Part shown: positions 11,004 to 24,337 of the stretch, one piece after another
How the letters are laid out: every line of letters starts with the position of its first letter
Numbering within the stretch: the first letter of the stretch is position 1
From: Hydrolagus colliei
Taxonomy: Eukaryota
NCBI GenBank assembly: GCA_035084275.1
Contig: CM068757.1
Coordinates: 6,510,001-6,574,000 of the forward strand
Direction of reading: 5' to 3'
Length of the DNA stretch: 64,000 nucleotides
Translations under genes and position numbers: made by a program
The notes under the pieces: generated by a model
What the model saw: only the letters and a program-made list of their open reading frames with translations
What the model was told of the DNA's origin: nothing
Database searches by the model: none

Positions 11004-14000
11004 AGGGCTTCAAAACAGCTCAAAAACACTTTACTGTAATGCAAGCATTTTATGTAAAGTCCCATGAACAGCTAAGAGGTGACTAAATGACCAATTCACC
11101 TGGAGGATTGTTGGACAAGACCCTGGGGGAAAAGCACCCTTTTCTTTGTCAACAGATTGACGCAATCCTTAAAGCCCACTGGAGACAGAGAGCTGCGAGG
11201 AGCCGCCCAACCATTGTTTCAGCAGACTTGGTGGTATTTACTCTGCCCAGGAGCAAGCCATCAGAAAGATCACAGACACCTATATAGCTCAGCCCATCAA
11301 AGTCACACATTCCCTAATCAGGAAACCAAACTCACCAAGCCAGCGCGGATGCAGGAGAAAAAGCCAGAATCAGAGGAGCTGTGCACGACTGTGATAAGAT
11401 TATCGGCAGCTTTGGAAATTCTTTCCAGTCGTTAAATTTAGGACATGGGTCTTCAAACAGGTGCACAAAATGCTAATTCAATGTATTAAAACGGTATAGC
11501 TTTGAGACATCTCAAAGACGCGATAAGGCACAAGGATTATTACTGTTATCGATAGCTGCATTTCTGCTTATGAAAAGAGTGAAGCAGATACAGACATCCG
11601 GCCGCATTACATATTTGCATGCAAACCGCAATTCGATTCCAACCTAATTAAATAACTTGGAAGTTGTAGATTTGATTATGTGAATGTAGAAGATGTACGG
11701 AGGACACATTGTCTACTGAACGATCTGGTTTGCAGGAATGGATTCTTGTCGAACAGAATTCAGAGTAATTGGTTTTAATTATGTGGGGTGTAAGCAACAC
11801 TGGAGATATGCAAATAATATATTGCAAGACACTCGTGTAAAGACTGACTTCTGAACGTCAAGGACACAAATCATAGCCTGGGAATATGAGGGTTTTAAAT
11901 AGTCTGAGAATATATTGCACAACAGATTTTCATTGAGAAGCCCGAGTGTTTTGCAGTTAAATGACTTTCAATAGCTTAAAAATGTCACTAACAATTTCAA
12001 GGTCACAGATTTTTTTGTGATTGCACGCCCACGCACTAAATTTTCCCCTCACTCTTGCTTACTTCCCCTGACAAAGGCAAATGGCTCCTTATTTTCGCTT
12101 TAAAGACACATGGTCAAAAAAGGCCCCGAATTTCAAAAACAAACAGTCATTACTCATTGTTGCAAGCTGCACGAACCAGCCCCCGGCATTCCCCAATGTG
12201 CCCACGATAGATGTACCTCCAGGGAATGGTGGCGAGGTGGATGGAAGGATGAGATCAGGTGGGCTGAAGGGCTTTCCTGATCCGAACCAATCGTGATAAG
12301 ATTAAAGGCATCTTGTGAGTACAGTGGAGTGAAAGGCTGCAAACAAGATCTTGCAGAGCAACAAGAGAATATTTAGGCCCTTTTTTTTTAACTTCTTTCC
12401 CTCCACCACCCCCCACCGATGCATAACATTCTGCAATCAATAAAATCAATTCACTCTGAAAAGGTTTCCAGTGGTGCCTGTTCAGTAGGTAAAATAAATT
12501 TGAGGGAAATGACCTTATTAATTAAAAGTGTTGTAACTGAAGAACAATTGAAATAAAATAAAGTTGAAATGAATAGCGGATACGACAGTTCCTTGCTGAG
12601 AGACACCGCAGGATACTTGCTTGTTGACAATACCTGTGCGGAAAATAGATATGTTAAACATGTATTGCTTCCACTATTTCTGCCGAACGTTTACAGTCTC
12701 TTAGAGCAGTTAAAGTTATTAGCTAAGGAGAATTACTCGATCAAAGTCCACGTTAGCTTGTTGCTTTTTTTCAAATGCAACAAAACGATCCATTACCTTG
12801 GTTATGAGTTTTTAATTTTCACATCATGCTCAGCGCAGTTAGTTGGAGCTGTTAGGACATGGGTTTGCGAGTCGTATTATATTTGATTTGATCGTGTATA
12901 ATAACTCTTTAACACACTGTGGTAAGATATGTCATTTCATGCAAGACCTGAGGAATGGATAAGGCTAGCTGCACTCTGGTTAACCAAAGCAAATCTGCTA
13001 CAGCTTTCCGGGATTCTATCCACCTTGACTGTCCAACGTCTTGCGACAACGTGAAAAGCATTGCACAAACTGTAATTTGTTGTTGTTATGTGGCTCAAGT
13101 ATTAGAAATACTCTTCCAATTGTTTCATATTGTTTTTAACCTCAAAGCGTGCATACCAAAAAATGAAACAAATTCAGGAAAACTTAAACATGAACGATAT
13201 GAGTCTTTCACCAATGGGCAAATTGACTACAGGCGTATGGATTTTCTTTGTTTATTACTCTTAATCAATTGACTAAACTATTGATTAATGCAAAACAATT
13301 TTGATCAATGGATGCCTGAAGCGCGGAGCAGAGTAATGATACCACAAATAGCCACCTTTTGGGGTCAGATTGTTAATGAAGAGGTGATTTCTTGTTTAAG
13401 CTGTTGTTAAACTGTTTAATTCTCTCGTTCATTTCCTGGCTGGAACATGGCCCAAGAATGAAGTTAGCCGACATTCTGATTCCAATCTCAGTCTCGACTC
13501 ACTTCATTTCACCAAATCAAATGCTCCCTGGGTCGAGGCAAGCCCAACCGTCGGATTTTCTACAGGGTCAGATCACATTAATTGAATCACATCAATTGAA
13601 ACAGGCCCCTTCTTGCCATCAAACAGCAATAATACTTACCAAAGGTTCGCTGCAGGTTTACCCTTGACCTCCTCATAACATAGCGAGATTCTTTGTATTA
13701 TATAAAAACACGGGACTGGATTTCTCTCAGTGGGAGTCTGAAATTCCAACTGACTTCAATCTAACGTGATTCAAGTTACAATGCACATCCTCCATTGTGC
13801 AGTTGGTGGGGCTAAAAATGAAATATTGTTTGGAGAATGGCAGAAATAGTATCATCTTATCGATGGGCTATAATTACACATTGCAATTCATCACTTCGTT
13901 GATGAGGAGTGCGTTTTGCAAACAAACAATGGCTGCTTGCATGAGTTGATCAGCTAACTGATCACCGCCTCAAAGTTTTCACAATACAGAAAGCAACTGA

Positions 14001-15529
14001 ACCCATTCGTATTAAAAAGTTAATTGATTGCTAAGTTGTTTTCTTTTCTTCCTTTTTTTTCTTCAGTGCAAGCGTTCGAAGAACAATGCGAATGGGGGAG
14101 AGCGACTTCCAGAAAGTACAGCGGCAATAAAGTTATGACAAATGTTAATCAATCTACAGCATTTGAACAATAAAAATGCCTTTCCATCTGGAAGTTCTTG
14201 TTACAGTTTACAATGGGAAATTTTTTGCACAAGAAACGGAAAGGTTCTGTGTCTGAGGCTCCTGAAGTTTACAATGTATTTTACAACTGCAGAGTTGTTC
14301 AGAATTGATTCACACAATATATATATATATTTACTGTACATAGTAAAAACTCCTACTTTGGTGCACTTGGACATTTAAAAAACACTTCTAACTTGAGATG
14401 TTTGCTGACAAGGCCTTAAAACACAGTTCGCAGGCCTGATAATTATTTCAGGTTTCTTTGTTGGGAGCAGTAGGCAAATTAAACAGCATGAAACCATCAA
14501 GAGCAAACTTCAGCCCGTGGAGTCTTTGGTTGGATCGGGTAAACCCTGTTGATGTTCTGAATATATCCGAAAGCTGTACAGTAGAAGTTCCTTAATGCAG
14601 ATTTGATTGTGCTGATCCCAGACAGGGCTCTAATTGGCATACTACAATTGGCCTCAGATCTCCCGAGTTAACGATGAGGGTGGGGAGAGGGAATACATCA
14701 GAATTGCTGCGCTGGTTCACTATCTTCCGATCACTGCTGGAAGGTGTGCTTGTGTTGATGGTGAGTGGAGACACAATCTTGCTTGGCTCTGATGCCCTCT
14801 GTAGTTCAATACCGACCCAACATTCCCACATTAATAATGTGAAATCATGGAGGATATCCAGCAATCCCATAATTTATGCCTCCCTAGTTTACAGATCCAG
14901 AAATCAACTAACACTAACCAGCTGAGATCAGCAAACTGTGACCTTCCCAGCCTACCTGGCTTAATGCTGTGATGTGTGGCACATTGCCCCCACCAAGCCA
15001 AAGAGGGAGTTATATTTCTCTTTCAAAACGATGCACAGACTGGCAGGGACCAGCTTCCCAACAAACCCTTTCAGCCTTGATAAAAGCAAATACATTTAAT
15101 TACTGCTAGACCAAGGGTGAAAAGAAGACTAATTTGAATAGTAAAAATTTGCTTTCTGAAACGGGGTGTCATTCCTTTAAGAGCTCATCATTTTTGTTCA
15201 TTGGAAAACGGCAGCAAAAAACATTAACTCTATAAATGTAATTTCATTGTTGTGTTAACAACTGGAGTAGCTGTAAACACATTAGAGTATGTAATGAGGA
15301 CAGTGGAATAGGATTGCTGCTGCAGTACTTCAATTTAGCAATGGATTGTTTCAATGGACTGCATGAAAATACCAACCTTTAACACTGACTCTCAATACTG
15401 TACGTAATACAATAACTGGAGGAATGGGGGTGGGGGGATTAGGATTGTGAAACATCACCCAGGTTTTACCCTGGAAAGCTGCTGTCTGCTTTTAGTCTCA
15501 AAATCTTTTCATCTCCTGAACTGTACAAA

Positions 15530-16135
15530 CACACGGTGGTTGGATCCCCATGTTGGGGACTTTGAATTCACAGTCCAGGCTGACATTCAAGTGTATAACC
15601 TGGGGTGCACTCTGCCGCTGGAGGTCCCGTCTGCCTTTTCAAGCAGATGTCAAAGATCCTATTGGCACTATGCAAAAAACAGAAGGGAGTTTCTCCTGCT
15701 GTCCTGGTCAACAATCTCCCCCCCAGATAAACTGGCCAGTCCATCTAACATGTACTACTACTACTAATAATAATCCTTGCACTTTGATATAGAGCTTTTC
15801 ACGTCTAGACGTCTCAAAGCGCTTCACAGAATATACTATAAAGTGAATTGACTGTATATTTGTGGGCGAATATAGTCAATTCACTTTACAGTATATTCTG
15901 TGAAGCGCTTTGAGAGGTCAAGAAGACGCAAAAAGTGCTATATCAAAGTGCAAGGATTACTATGTAAGGGGCGCCGTACCAAATGTAAGGATTATTGATG
16001 ATGGTTTGTGGAACCTAGCATGAGCAAATCGATTGTCATATTTCCCTACAAATAAACAGTCACTACACTTGATAGTAATTTGCTGTGGATGCATTTTGAT
16101 GTTACATATGCGCCACATCAAATGCAAGGATTATC
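15530..16135 (+). mobile_element. Deu-domain SINE split by a nested inverted pair of younger SINE tails
   Basis: Body 15530-15745 (ggaggtcccgtctgcc..aaagatcctattggcacta..gggagtttctcctgctgtcctggtcaaca) resumes at about 16000 (gtttgtggaacc..aaacagtcactacacttga..atcaaatgcaaggatt). Confidence 0.7.
15771..15959. repeat. Head-to-head inverted SINE tails forming a palindrome of about 190 bp
   Basis: Outer 22 bp are perfectly inverted (taatccttgcactttgatatag / ctatatcaaagtgcaaggatta). The inner arms pair with few mismatches and short indels around a loop of about 8 nt at 15861-15868. Confidence 0.92.
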
Positions 16136-16814
16136 TCGCAGAGCACAAATTAAAATGTCTTGCTTTGCTGCTCCAGTGGAACTTACTGCTTTCATTACAA
16201 AATTTCTACAGAGAAGCTGTGGTTCATCCTGACAGTGGACAGAGAAGCTGTTTTTAAGACCCACAATTTGACAGAATCTAGCTGATCCATTACTGTAGCA
16301 TACCTTCTGCTCCTCGTTCTAAAAGCTGAGCAGCGTGGAAGGACAATCTGATAAAATAATTTCACCGCAAGTGAATGTGCTGTTTGTAGCAGCTAATGCA
16401 CCCCACACAGATAGAGCAGAACTGGCAGAGAAAGAGGTGGCAGATGTTTAAGTACCTGGTAGTATATTCAGCTGTAGCACAGGACACAATCATTTCTACA
16501 CTGTTGGATCCAGGGAGTGGGGGATTGGAAGGGAATGTATCCTGCGGAATCAAGGAGGCCAGGTTTCAATGATGCACCTGCATCAGATTGCCTATGGGGT
16601 CCAGGTAGTCTCTGTGCGGAACATTGCATCGATAACAGAGTGGGCAATGTGAAACCTGTGACAAGTTGGGCTCAGTTTGGACTGTGGAAGGAGCAGGTTT
16701 GAATGCTTAAATAATGGTTTTGTGCTGTGTGCTTCTGTATGTTCTTAACATGTTGGGAGAGGGGGGTTTCAACATATTGGGCACATACAGTACTGATATT
16801 AAAAAGCAAAGTGT

Positions 16815-16980
16815 TAATAATAATAATCTTCGCATTTGGTATAATGCTTTTCACGTCTTCTAGACATCTCAAAGCGCTTCATAGAATATAATTTGAGACG
16901 TCTAGAAGACGTGAAAAGCACTATATCAAAATGCAAGGATTATTATTATTATACTGCTGTATAAAGTGAATTGACTGTAT
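16815..16980. repeat. Minus-strand SINE tail containing an inverted copy of its own 3' end (hairpin)
   Basis: 16845-16873 and 16892-16920 are inverted at 28/29 nt. The interrupted copy resumes at about 16952 (tact..taaagtgaattgactgtat). Confidence 0.88.
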
Positions 16981-18098
16981 TAGATTAACTTCAGTGAGTC
17001 AATGCACAAAGAGGGTCATCAATGAAAAATCCACATATCCCATTAAGTGTGGCAGCTCTGCCTGTCAAGTCTTACAAGAGCACAGCATGACCCACAAACA
17101 CAACAAATAGAGGCATGAAGCCGATGTCATTTCAGCCAAAAAGTAAAATAAAAAAGAGACTGAATCATAGTTTATGTGAAGAACCAGTAATGGATCAGCA
17201 CCCTGTAAGGTTAGTGTATGGTGACCTGCGCAAACTGGGTTCAACTCGCTCACAGACAGATAGACAGACTGGAAATATTAATGAATGGTCACTTAAGTGG
17301 AATGAGGTGTGAAAAGCACAGCAGACTCGTGTGGCTGAAGGCATGTGACTTGGGCCCGTTCGCATGTCGTAATTCCTGGCTTGCAAGCCCGAATGAATTA
17401 TTTATGTTTGAAAGCAATTTCAAAAAGATGTATGGATTTTAGTGGCTCGCTGTAATAATCACTTTCACAATCAAATTGCACCACTGGCTCTGGCGAGCAC
17501 ACTGAAGACAGTCAGTGATGGGCCCAGGTCCCCTTTCCCCTTTATTTCATTGACAGGAAACGGGGAGGCAGAGAACTCTGAGCTCTGAGCTAACAAGCTC
17601 CCACAACTCCCTTCCTCGGCTGCTATTTTTAGCTCCAGACCCACATTACTCTGTAAAATGCTGTCATGAATATTTCATACGCATTACAGCATTTTCTGTT
17701 GCCACATGCGAGATGCCTTTTCAAAGGTACAAGGGCCTTAAGGAACACCCCACCTCACCACCGACAGTCTCACCCAGCTCCCACAGTGTACAAACTACCC
17801 CCAATCCAATTTCCTTAAAAAAAATCTGAAATTATCTTGGATTTACAATGAGAAACATAGAATAGAATTCTACATAGAATGTAGCCCACTTGACTCTATA
17901 TAATATATATATTTATGTATAATATATATTTATGTTTATACTCAGCACCTTGGGGTGTCCTCCTGACCTGAAAGGCATTATACAAGTATAATTGTGTTGT
18001 TATACTATATCCGAGTGTTCACCCAATTTCTTACTGCTTCTCTCCCATATCCTTTGATTGGATGATCTTGGTAAGAGGGGTGGAAGAGTGCAGTTTGA

Positions 18099-18222
18099 TA
18101 ATAATAATCATAATAGTCCTTGCATTTGATATGGCATTCAAACCCCTCGAAGCACTTTACAGTAGCGTAAAGCGAATCGGTTGTATATTTTGTGGATGAA
18201 ACTCAGCAGCCAATTGTGCACA
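18099..18222 (-). mobile_element. SINE 3' portion
   Basis: (taa)n ccttgcatttgatatggc..gaagcactttacag..ttttgtggatgaaactcagcagccaattgtgcac. Confidence 0.8.
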
Positions 18223-19518
18223 ACTTACCTATTGCTTTCAAAGAAAAGTAATGGGTAACTGCAGACCAAAGACTCTCTCCAACAGGCAAGCACATGCTGT
18301 AGGGAGCATAGGTATCACAGGAAACATTCACACACCAAAAGGCTCCTACGTAGGTGGAAGGAACTTTGTGAAAACGACTCAGTGCCGTTTACAAGCACGT
18401 GGAAAATCTCAATTTCTCAGACCATTGCGGCTAATATATTGCCCGCTTTTCAAGGGATTTGATTGATTGACTGATTGTCAGATTTACTGATTGATCCATC
18501 CAGAAAGATCGCTGTGCAAGTAAACTGCCAACTTGCCTGCGAGCGATACATGTCTCCTTTCACCATCAAGGCAGTGGTGGCGTTTAGTCCAGAAGTCCAA
18601 GAAAATGAAATGAATGAATGGTGCCGGGTCTTGGAAATTGAAAAGAGCTAGGAAGGAACAAAAACAGGAGGAGCAAAGAGGAACAATAAAGTACCGAGAG
18701 AGTGAGAGAGAAAAAGGAGAAGGTGGCAAAAAAATAAAAGGGGAACGTCGAAATAATAAAAAAGCCAATTCAAATAGAAATTCAGAAGCATAGAATGACC
18801 AAAAATGGTAGGAAGGGAGCTGGAATAATGAAATATTAGCTTGCAAATAAGACGCTGCTTAACCCAAGTTTTTTGTTTAAAAAACTGCTTAACCCGAGCC
18901 CTGGTACGTTGCCCTTATATTATTTTCATATTTTCCTCCTGTTCCCTTCTTTGTTCTCTCTCGTTCCTTCCTCTTCGGTCACAGGCCTCACAGGAGACGA
19001 CGGTTTCAAGCACGGGCTCTTTGTGGAGCCTCGCATTTAATTCCGTGAGAAATACCTGATTCTGGAAACTAATTAACTGCGGCGTTTGGAGAGCGCTGCT
19101 GATTAGAGAGCTTGGGAGAGGCTGTCTCGCTCGCTACAGGAAGAGAGGTGTAACCCACCAGCAAGGGAGGGAAATCCTACAACAAACTAAGTGGACAGCT
19201 GCAGAATCACCAGGAGAGCTCAACTTGAACAAATCAGCAAAATTTAGAATTGTCCAGTTTCATAGGCTGGAACCACAGCACAGAATTGTGATTAAGTTTT
19301 CAATCATCACAGTCAAAGCGTTGACTTTTTTTTTAAATGCACCTATTGTTTAATACCCTCTTGAGCACTCACAAAATACCTTTGGTTTGTGATGAAATGC
19401 GCATAGTTTGATTTTTTTAAAAACTGATTTCGCCTGTTGCCTCTGGAAAATGATTGCTCAGAAACGAATGTGAAATTGACATTGAAAAATAGGGATTTTT
19501 CTTCTACTTTCTTAACAT

Positions 19519-19640
19519 AATAATAATCCCTACATTTGATAGAGCACCCTATCACATTGTCGAGACGTCTCAAAGCACTTTACAAAATATATTGTGGGGT
19601 GAATTGACTGCATCACACAACACGCGGCAACCAATTGATT
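19519..19640 (-). mobile_element. SINE 3' portion
   Basis: aataataatccctacatttgatagagc..gagacgtctcaaagcactttacaaaatata..gtgaattgactg..cgcggcaaccaattg. Confidence 0.8.
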
Positions 19641-20855
19641 CTTTCTTAAAAGAAAGTGAATGCAACAGTACTGTGAGTTGCCATCTCCAAACCCAACATC
19701 CAAATGCTTGGTTTCGGTCCTCGCATTTCCCCAACTAATAATTTTACAATATATCAACAAAGTCCTCCGATTCAGGGTATCAAACCTCCTCCACAGGCTT
19801 GGGAGGTAGCACCTGAAGTGTGTTACTCCAGTGGACAGAAACAGCAGATCTCGTGTGGAACATTTATCTAATGGAAGAAACACACAATGCTGATGAATAG
19901 GGAATCGAACTTGGCCCTTTTGGGCTGTACAAGGTCATGATTTTGGCTCAACCGAGGAGCTCATTCTCTACTCACGCTGCAAAACACGGCCAATTTGTGG
20001 GCATTAGCCAGTCGTAGCAGCTGAGCAGAGCTGAAAGATGGGGGGGAAAAAAACAGATCTTCTCTGACGCAAAATAAAATCAAGGACTGTAGTAAATTTC
20101 CACAATGGGAGAGCGCCAATAAACAAAGCGCAGCAAAGAGAAAGGTGATATCTTTCTAAAGCGTTTCCTGATTCAGTTCCTGTTCATTTTTCACCTGCAT
20201 CCTTGCTGCATTATGTAAAATGCAACCCAAAAAAAAGCAAGCATTGCAACACAACTTGCTGTCTAGCCCATAAAATGCGACAACAGAATGTTCTTAAGGC
20301 AGCTGCAGACTCAGCACTGGATGAAGAGATAATGGCTACAATCTAACACAGTGTTCAAAAGAGAACCACACCAGCCACACTCATTCCCAGAATTAGCAGC
20401 GCTGCTCTATCGGATACAAAGAGAATTAACTGTATTGATAACTGTAAAGTGCTCTCTCAGCTCATCCACAGTGGAATTTAAATGGAGTTTCCCATTAACC
20501 CCTTCACCAGCAAAAATCTGCATTTACCTCTGAACAGCATTAACCTCACACTCAGCACTGGGAGCTTCTGTGTCTGTTTCAACCATTAGCGTTTCAGACC
20601 CACGGGGTCTCAGAGAGCAAGCAATTCTGAAGGAGTCTAGCACATTTATAAAATTGCACCCGCATCGGATGAATGAAAAGCAAAATTTAAGACAGCAAAG
20701 CAATAAAGCAGAGCTCAGTGCAAAACTCACAAGTTGAGAGTTTCACACTGAGTGCAGTATCTCGGTAAAGGTTCGGTTCTTTGGCCCACCACTAACATCA
20801 CTGTACGAACAAAGATGTGGGGTACATTGCATGCAAGGAGTCACGCTGCATCAAC

Positions 20856-21305
20856 TGTAATGTAACGCACTACGAAAAGAGTGATTGGAGTCTCGGTCTG
20901 GAAACTGCAACAGACAAAGGAACTGCCGAGCCACCCGTCAATCAGGGCGCAAGTCTTTTGTCTGCTGTGTGTCGGGTTTATTTGTACAGCTGACCAGCAA
21001 TTGGCTCTACATCTGTACACCGTGCTGCCACTTTTGTGAGATGGATCTGCAAAGTTTCTTTCATTTGCGAGAGCATGAAATTGTTTTTATTTGTACCCAG
21101 CTCTGCCAGTCTCTGCAGCTCACACACCATCTGGAGTCTGTAGACTAGGCCAACAACACGCTCCCGAGCCTCGGCTGCTACTGTACTGAGCACTGAGTGT
21201 GCGGCCCGTTGACAGCTATCCCTTGTGCCTCTTCTCGTTGATCACCGATTCCCAACAATAAAGCGAGAACTTGTCAGCTTACTTCAGGAGGTACCGAGTT
21301 TGACA
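20856..21305 (+). mobile_element. Possible solo LTR-like insertion
   Basis: Starts TGTAATG/TGTAACG, has AATAAA at 21257-21262, ends TTTGACA and is CpG-enriched. No TSD identified. Confidence 0.25.
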
Positions 21306-21469
21306 CCTGGAGGTTGTGGGTAAGCCCTAGATCAGGACTTTAGAGCATAATCTCAGCAATGGATCTCCAACCGGTTCTTTGAACTGTCCAGAGCTTTGGG
21401 ACATCCTCCCGGCGTGAAGGGCGCTACACAAATGTAATTTAATGAAGAAAAATGTATTCAGTTGTATTT

Positions 21470-21624
21470 TGGCTACGGCTGGCCTAGGCTGACATTCCAA
21501 CGCAACACCTGGAGAAGAGGTGGTTTGATGTCTTAGCCGAATGATGGCACCTTCAACAATCCAGCACAACCCCAGGAATTGGAGTGTCAGGACAGATATA
21601 TGACGCGCAAGTCCCGACTTGAAT

Positions 21625-21655
<31 letters not shown>

Positions 21656-21692
21656 GATGCCGAGGTTCATATATAAAGCATTGGTACTCAGC
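21470..21692 (-). mobile_element. Deu-type SINE 5' half (tRNA-like head)
   Basis: Minus strand reads gcactcttgcctctgagtcagaaggttatggattcaagtc..ctgacactccaa..gttgaaggtgccatcattcggctaagacatcaaacc. Confidence 0.65.
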
Positions 21693-22671
21693 CAAGATAC
21701 TGGCGGTTGTTGGCTAGAGAATTGGATCCTGACAAGAGTACGCTCTTTCAGGCCACAAAGTGAGAGCACATTTCCGAGAAAAAGCAGCAGCAATTTCTCC
21801 TTGCAATGAGAAGCGGCCAACAGGTACCTGCTACCTGTCAACGTCCTGTCTGTGGGAATCGTTTGGCTATTATGCAAATCTACTTTTGAGCACCTTCCAT
21901 CCAAAAAGCTCATGTTTGGACATTTATACTGCCCAAAGTACTGTACAAAATGAGATAAATACAGTGAAAATACACAAAACATGTAAGGCCATCTGTTATT
22001 AACCAATTTCGCGATAATGATCACGATGCTACTTAAGAAAAAAAATACTATCAATTAAAATTTATGAACTGGAACCATAACACAACGCACAGTGCCTCCA
22101 GGGGTGGGAGTTATTACCATGGGAACGAGCTACAACAATGCAATTTACCCTCTTTTCTATTTACTTCCAACATTTCTTCTGGGATGGGTGAGGGGGGAAC
22201 GGGTTGAAAAAGAAAACTACAATTTCAAACCAATACAAAAGACAAAATAGATCACTGTCTGGAGTACAGTTGCAATGGCTGGAACAGTCCATCATGTCAC
22301 TATTTCATTGCATGCATCTGTTCTCACATTTCCAAATTAAATTTACCGCACATTGGCCACGGCGCACTGCTCGAAATTTGGCACTTACGTGGATTGATGT
22401 GGAATTCATGTCCGCCAGATGCAAGTAAAACAGATCTGAAGGCATCTCTAAGCACATCAGCATCTGCCCAAGCCCCACTCACTATGTATTTAGAGTGTTG
22501 TGACAATGGGAGAGAGAAGTCAACACATCCAGCTGGAATAGCCCTTGTTCAAGCGCAGGTTTCATCTGAATCCATCTTTTGGGGAAAGAAGCAGATACAT
22601 TCCTGCCCAACACGTCCACATTCTGCTGAGAATCAACTTGCGTGTTAACTTGTGAATACGTGTGTCGGCCT

Positions 22672-23030
22672 AGGCCCAGTTGGTAGCACTCTCACGTCAA
22701 GAGTCAGAAGGGGTTCATTTCTACGTGGGGATTTGTGAGCTCTTATTATCTAGGCCAGGCCAGGCAAAGCTGGGGGAGAGTTGCAGTGTCAGACGCACCC
22801 TGCTTCGCGCAAGACATAATAATTCTATTAAGAAAAGCAGGGGAGTTTCTCTCAGTGTCCTGCCCCACAATCCTCTGGGCAAAATTTAGCTTTCACTATA
22901 CACTATAGCTGTTTGTGGTAGATTGCTGATCACAAATTCTCCCGTATAATACTACACATAACATCTAATAACACAGTCCTACGCCACTGCACTTTGCAGC
23001 AAATCGTGTGAAGCACTTTGAGATGACGTG
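22672..23030 (+). mobile_element. Deu-type SINE, degraded near full length
   Basis: ggcccagttggtagcactctcacgtcaagagtcagaagg head; agcaggggagtttctctcagtgtcctg body; gtgaagcactttgagatg tail. Confidence 0.7.
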
Positions 23031-23894
23031 CCTACCCCCACCACCCCCAATTTTAATGCAAAGCAATCTTATACTTTTGCACAGTAGATTGAACAGAAAC
23101 AAAGGTGTTAAACGTGGAATCTACAAACCTTCAGAGTCACTGGTTGATCTACACAGGGAGAGATAAATCATCTTTGCTGTGACAAGCTTCCCCCAAAAGT
23201 TCCTGATAATTCTAGTGTAATTCAGAATGAAGGACATAGTTATATTTTATGGGTTCATAAATCAGAATTAGATTAACTGGTTTCCGAGTAGATTAGTTCA
23301 GTGCACATCATAACAAAAGAATGGCCTATAAATAAAATGTCATTCATTGATTGTTATTTCAGACGGTTTAAAAGGGAACATCTCAATCACTTGGATCCGT
23401 CCGGAAGCCGCGATCGGATGCAGCCCAGAGGTGACGGAGCTCTCAGAAGCTGTGACCTGTACTACACATCCCAGCTGTGAATGCCAATACACCAACCAGG
23501 GGCACCACACTTCAAAGCAATTCACCTTCACTTAGAAAAACTCTGTGAGGTGTTTAGAGTATGATAAGGCACAATGACAATCAACAGCCTCTGGTGATGT
23601 TTAGACTGGTCCAGGCAGGAGCTCTTGTTGCTACCTCTCTGTGGGCAGCCAGTGGAGTTACGGTGCATTGGCACTGTGGCTCCGGTGATGGTATTCAACA
23701 GTTGAGAGTTAAGACAGCCCACAGATCCCATAGATTCCCCCAGAACAGTCTTCAGCCTGAAACATCTGTGGAACAGCTTCCTCCCCATTTGGAGGGTGAT
23801 TGGGGTTGAGTATTTACAGTGTCGGATAATTATGACAATTATGATTATGGATTAAGCACATTGCAGGCCACAAACACAGAGCCTAAGCGCACGC

Positions 23895-24005
23895 AGAGAG
23901 AGAGAGATAGAGAGTGAGAGAGAGAGTGAGAGAGAGAAACAGAGAGAGAGAAAGTAAAAGAGAATCAAAACAAAAGAGAGATGTGCATACACACACAGAG
24001 AGTGA
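23895..24005. repeat. Imperfect (GA)n microsatellite
   Basis: agagagagagagatagagagtgagagagagagtgagagagagaaacagagagagag read directly from the sequence. Confidence 0.9.
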
Positions 24006-24323
24006 GAAAAAACATGGAAGCTCTTTCTCCACGACGGAACAAGCACAGTTTTAGTGGCCAGTCTCAGCGTGATAGTCAGATGCCTGCTTGTTTGGCAGTG
24101 TTTTATAGCGTGAAGGGTACTACATAAATGCAAGTCGTTGTTGGGAGCGTGTCGCCCTAAGGAGTGATCAACATGGGCTTTTTGAAACTGGGGAGGAGGA
24201 AAGATGTCGACGCAACGCAATATGCCCTCACTGATAAAACAAGGTCCAGCAAATAAGACATGTAGCCACCACACATTACCATTCATCCTCCGAGCTCATG
24301 AATTTCCTAAAATGTCATCCTCT

Positions 24324-24337
24324 GTTGTCATAGTAAC
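24324..24337. promoter_or_regulatory. RFX X-box-like palindromic motif
   Basis: GTTGTCATAGTAAC fits GTTRYCATRGYAAC. Motif match only. Confidence 0.35.

Noticed and set aside
13632-13700. Consensus minus-strand donor TTTG|GTAAGT as exon 3
   Set aside because: The upstream sequence does not encode BRSK2 and lacks a good polypyrimidine acceptor.
15530-16980. CRISPR-like or prokaryotic repeat system
   Set aside because: The repeats are dispersed, diverged, on both strands and end in (att)n tails. There is no repeat-spacer periodicity and no cas genes; the DNA is vertebrate.
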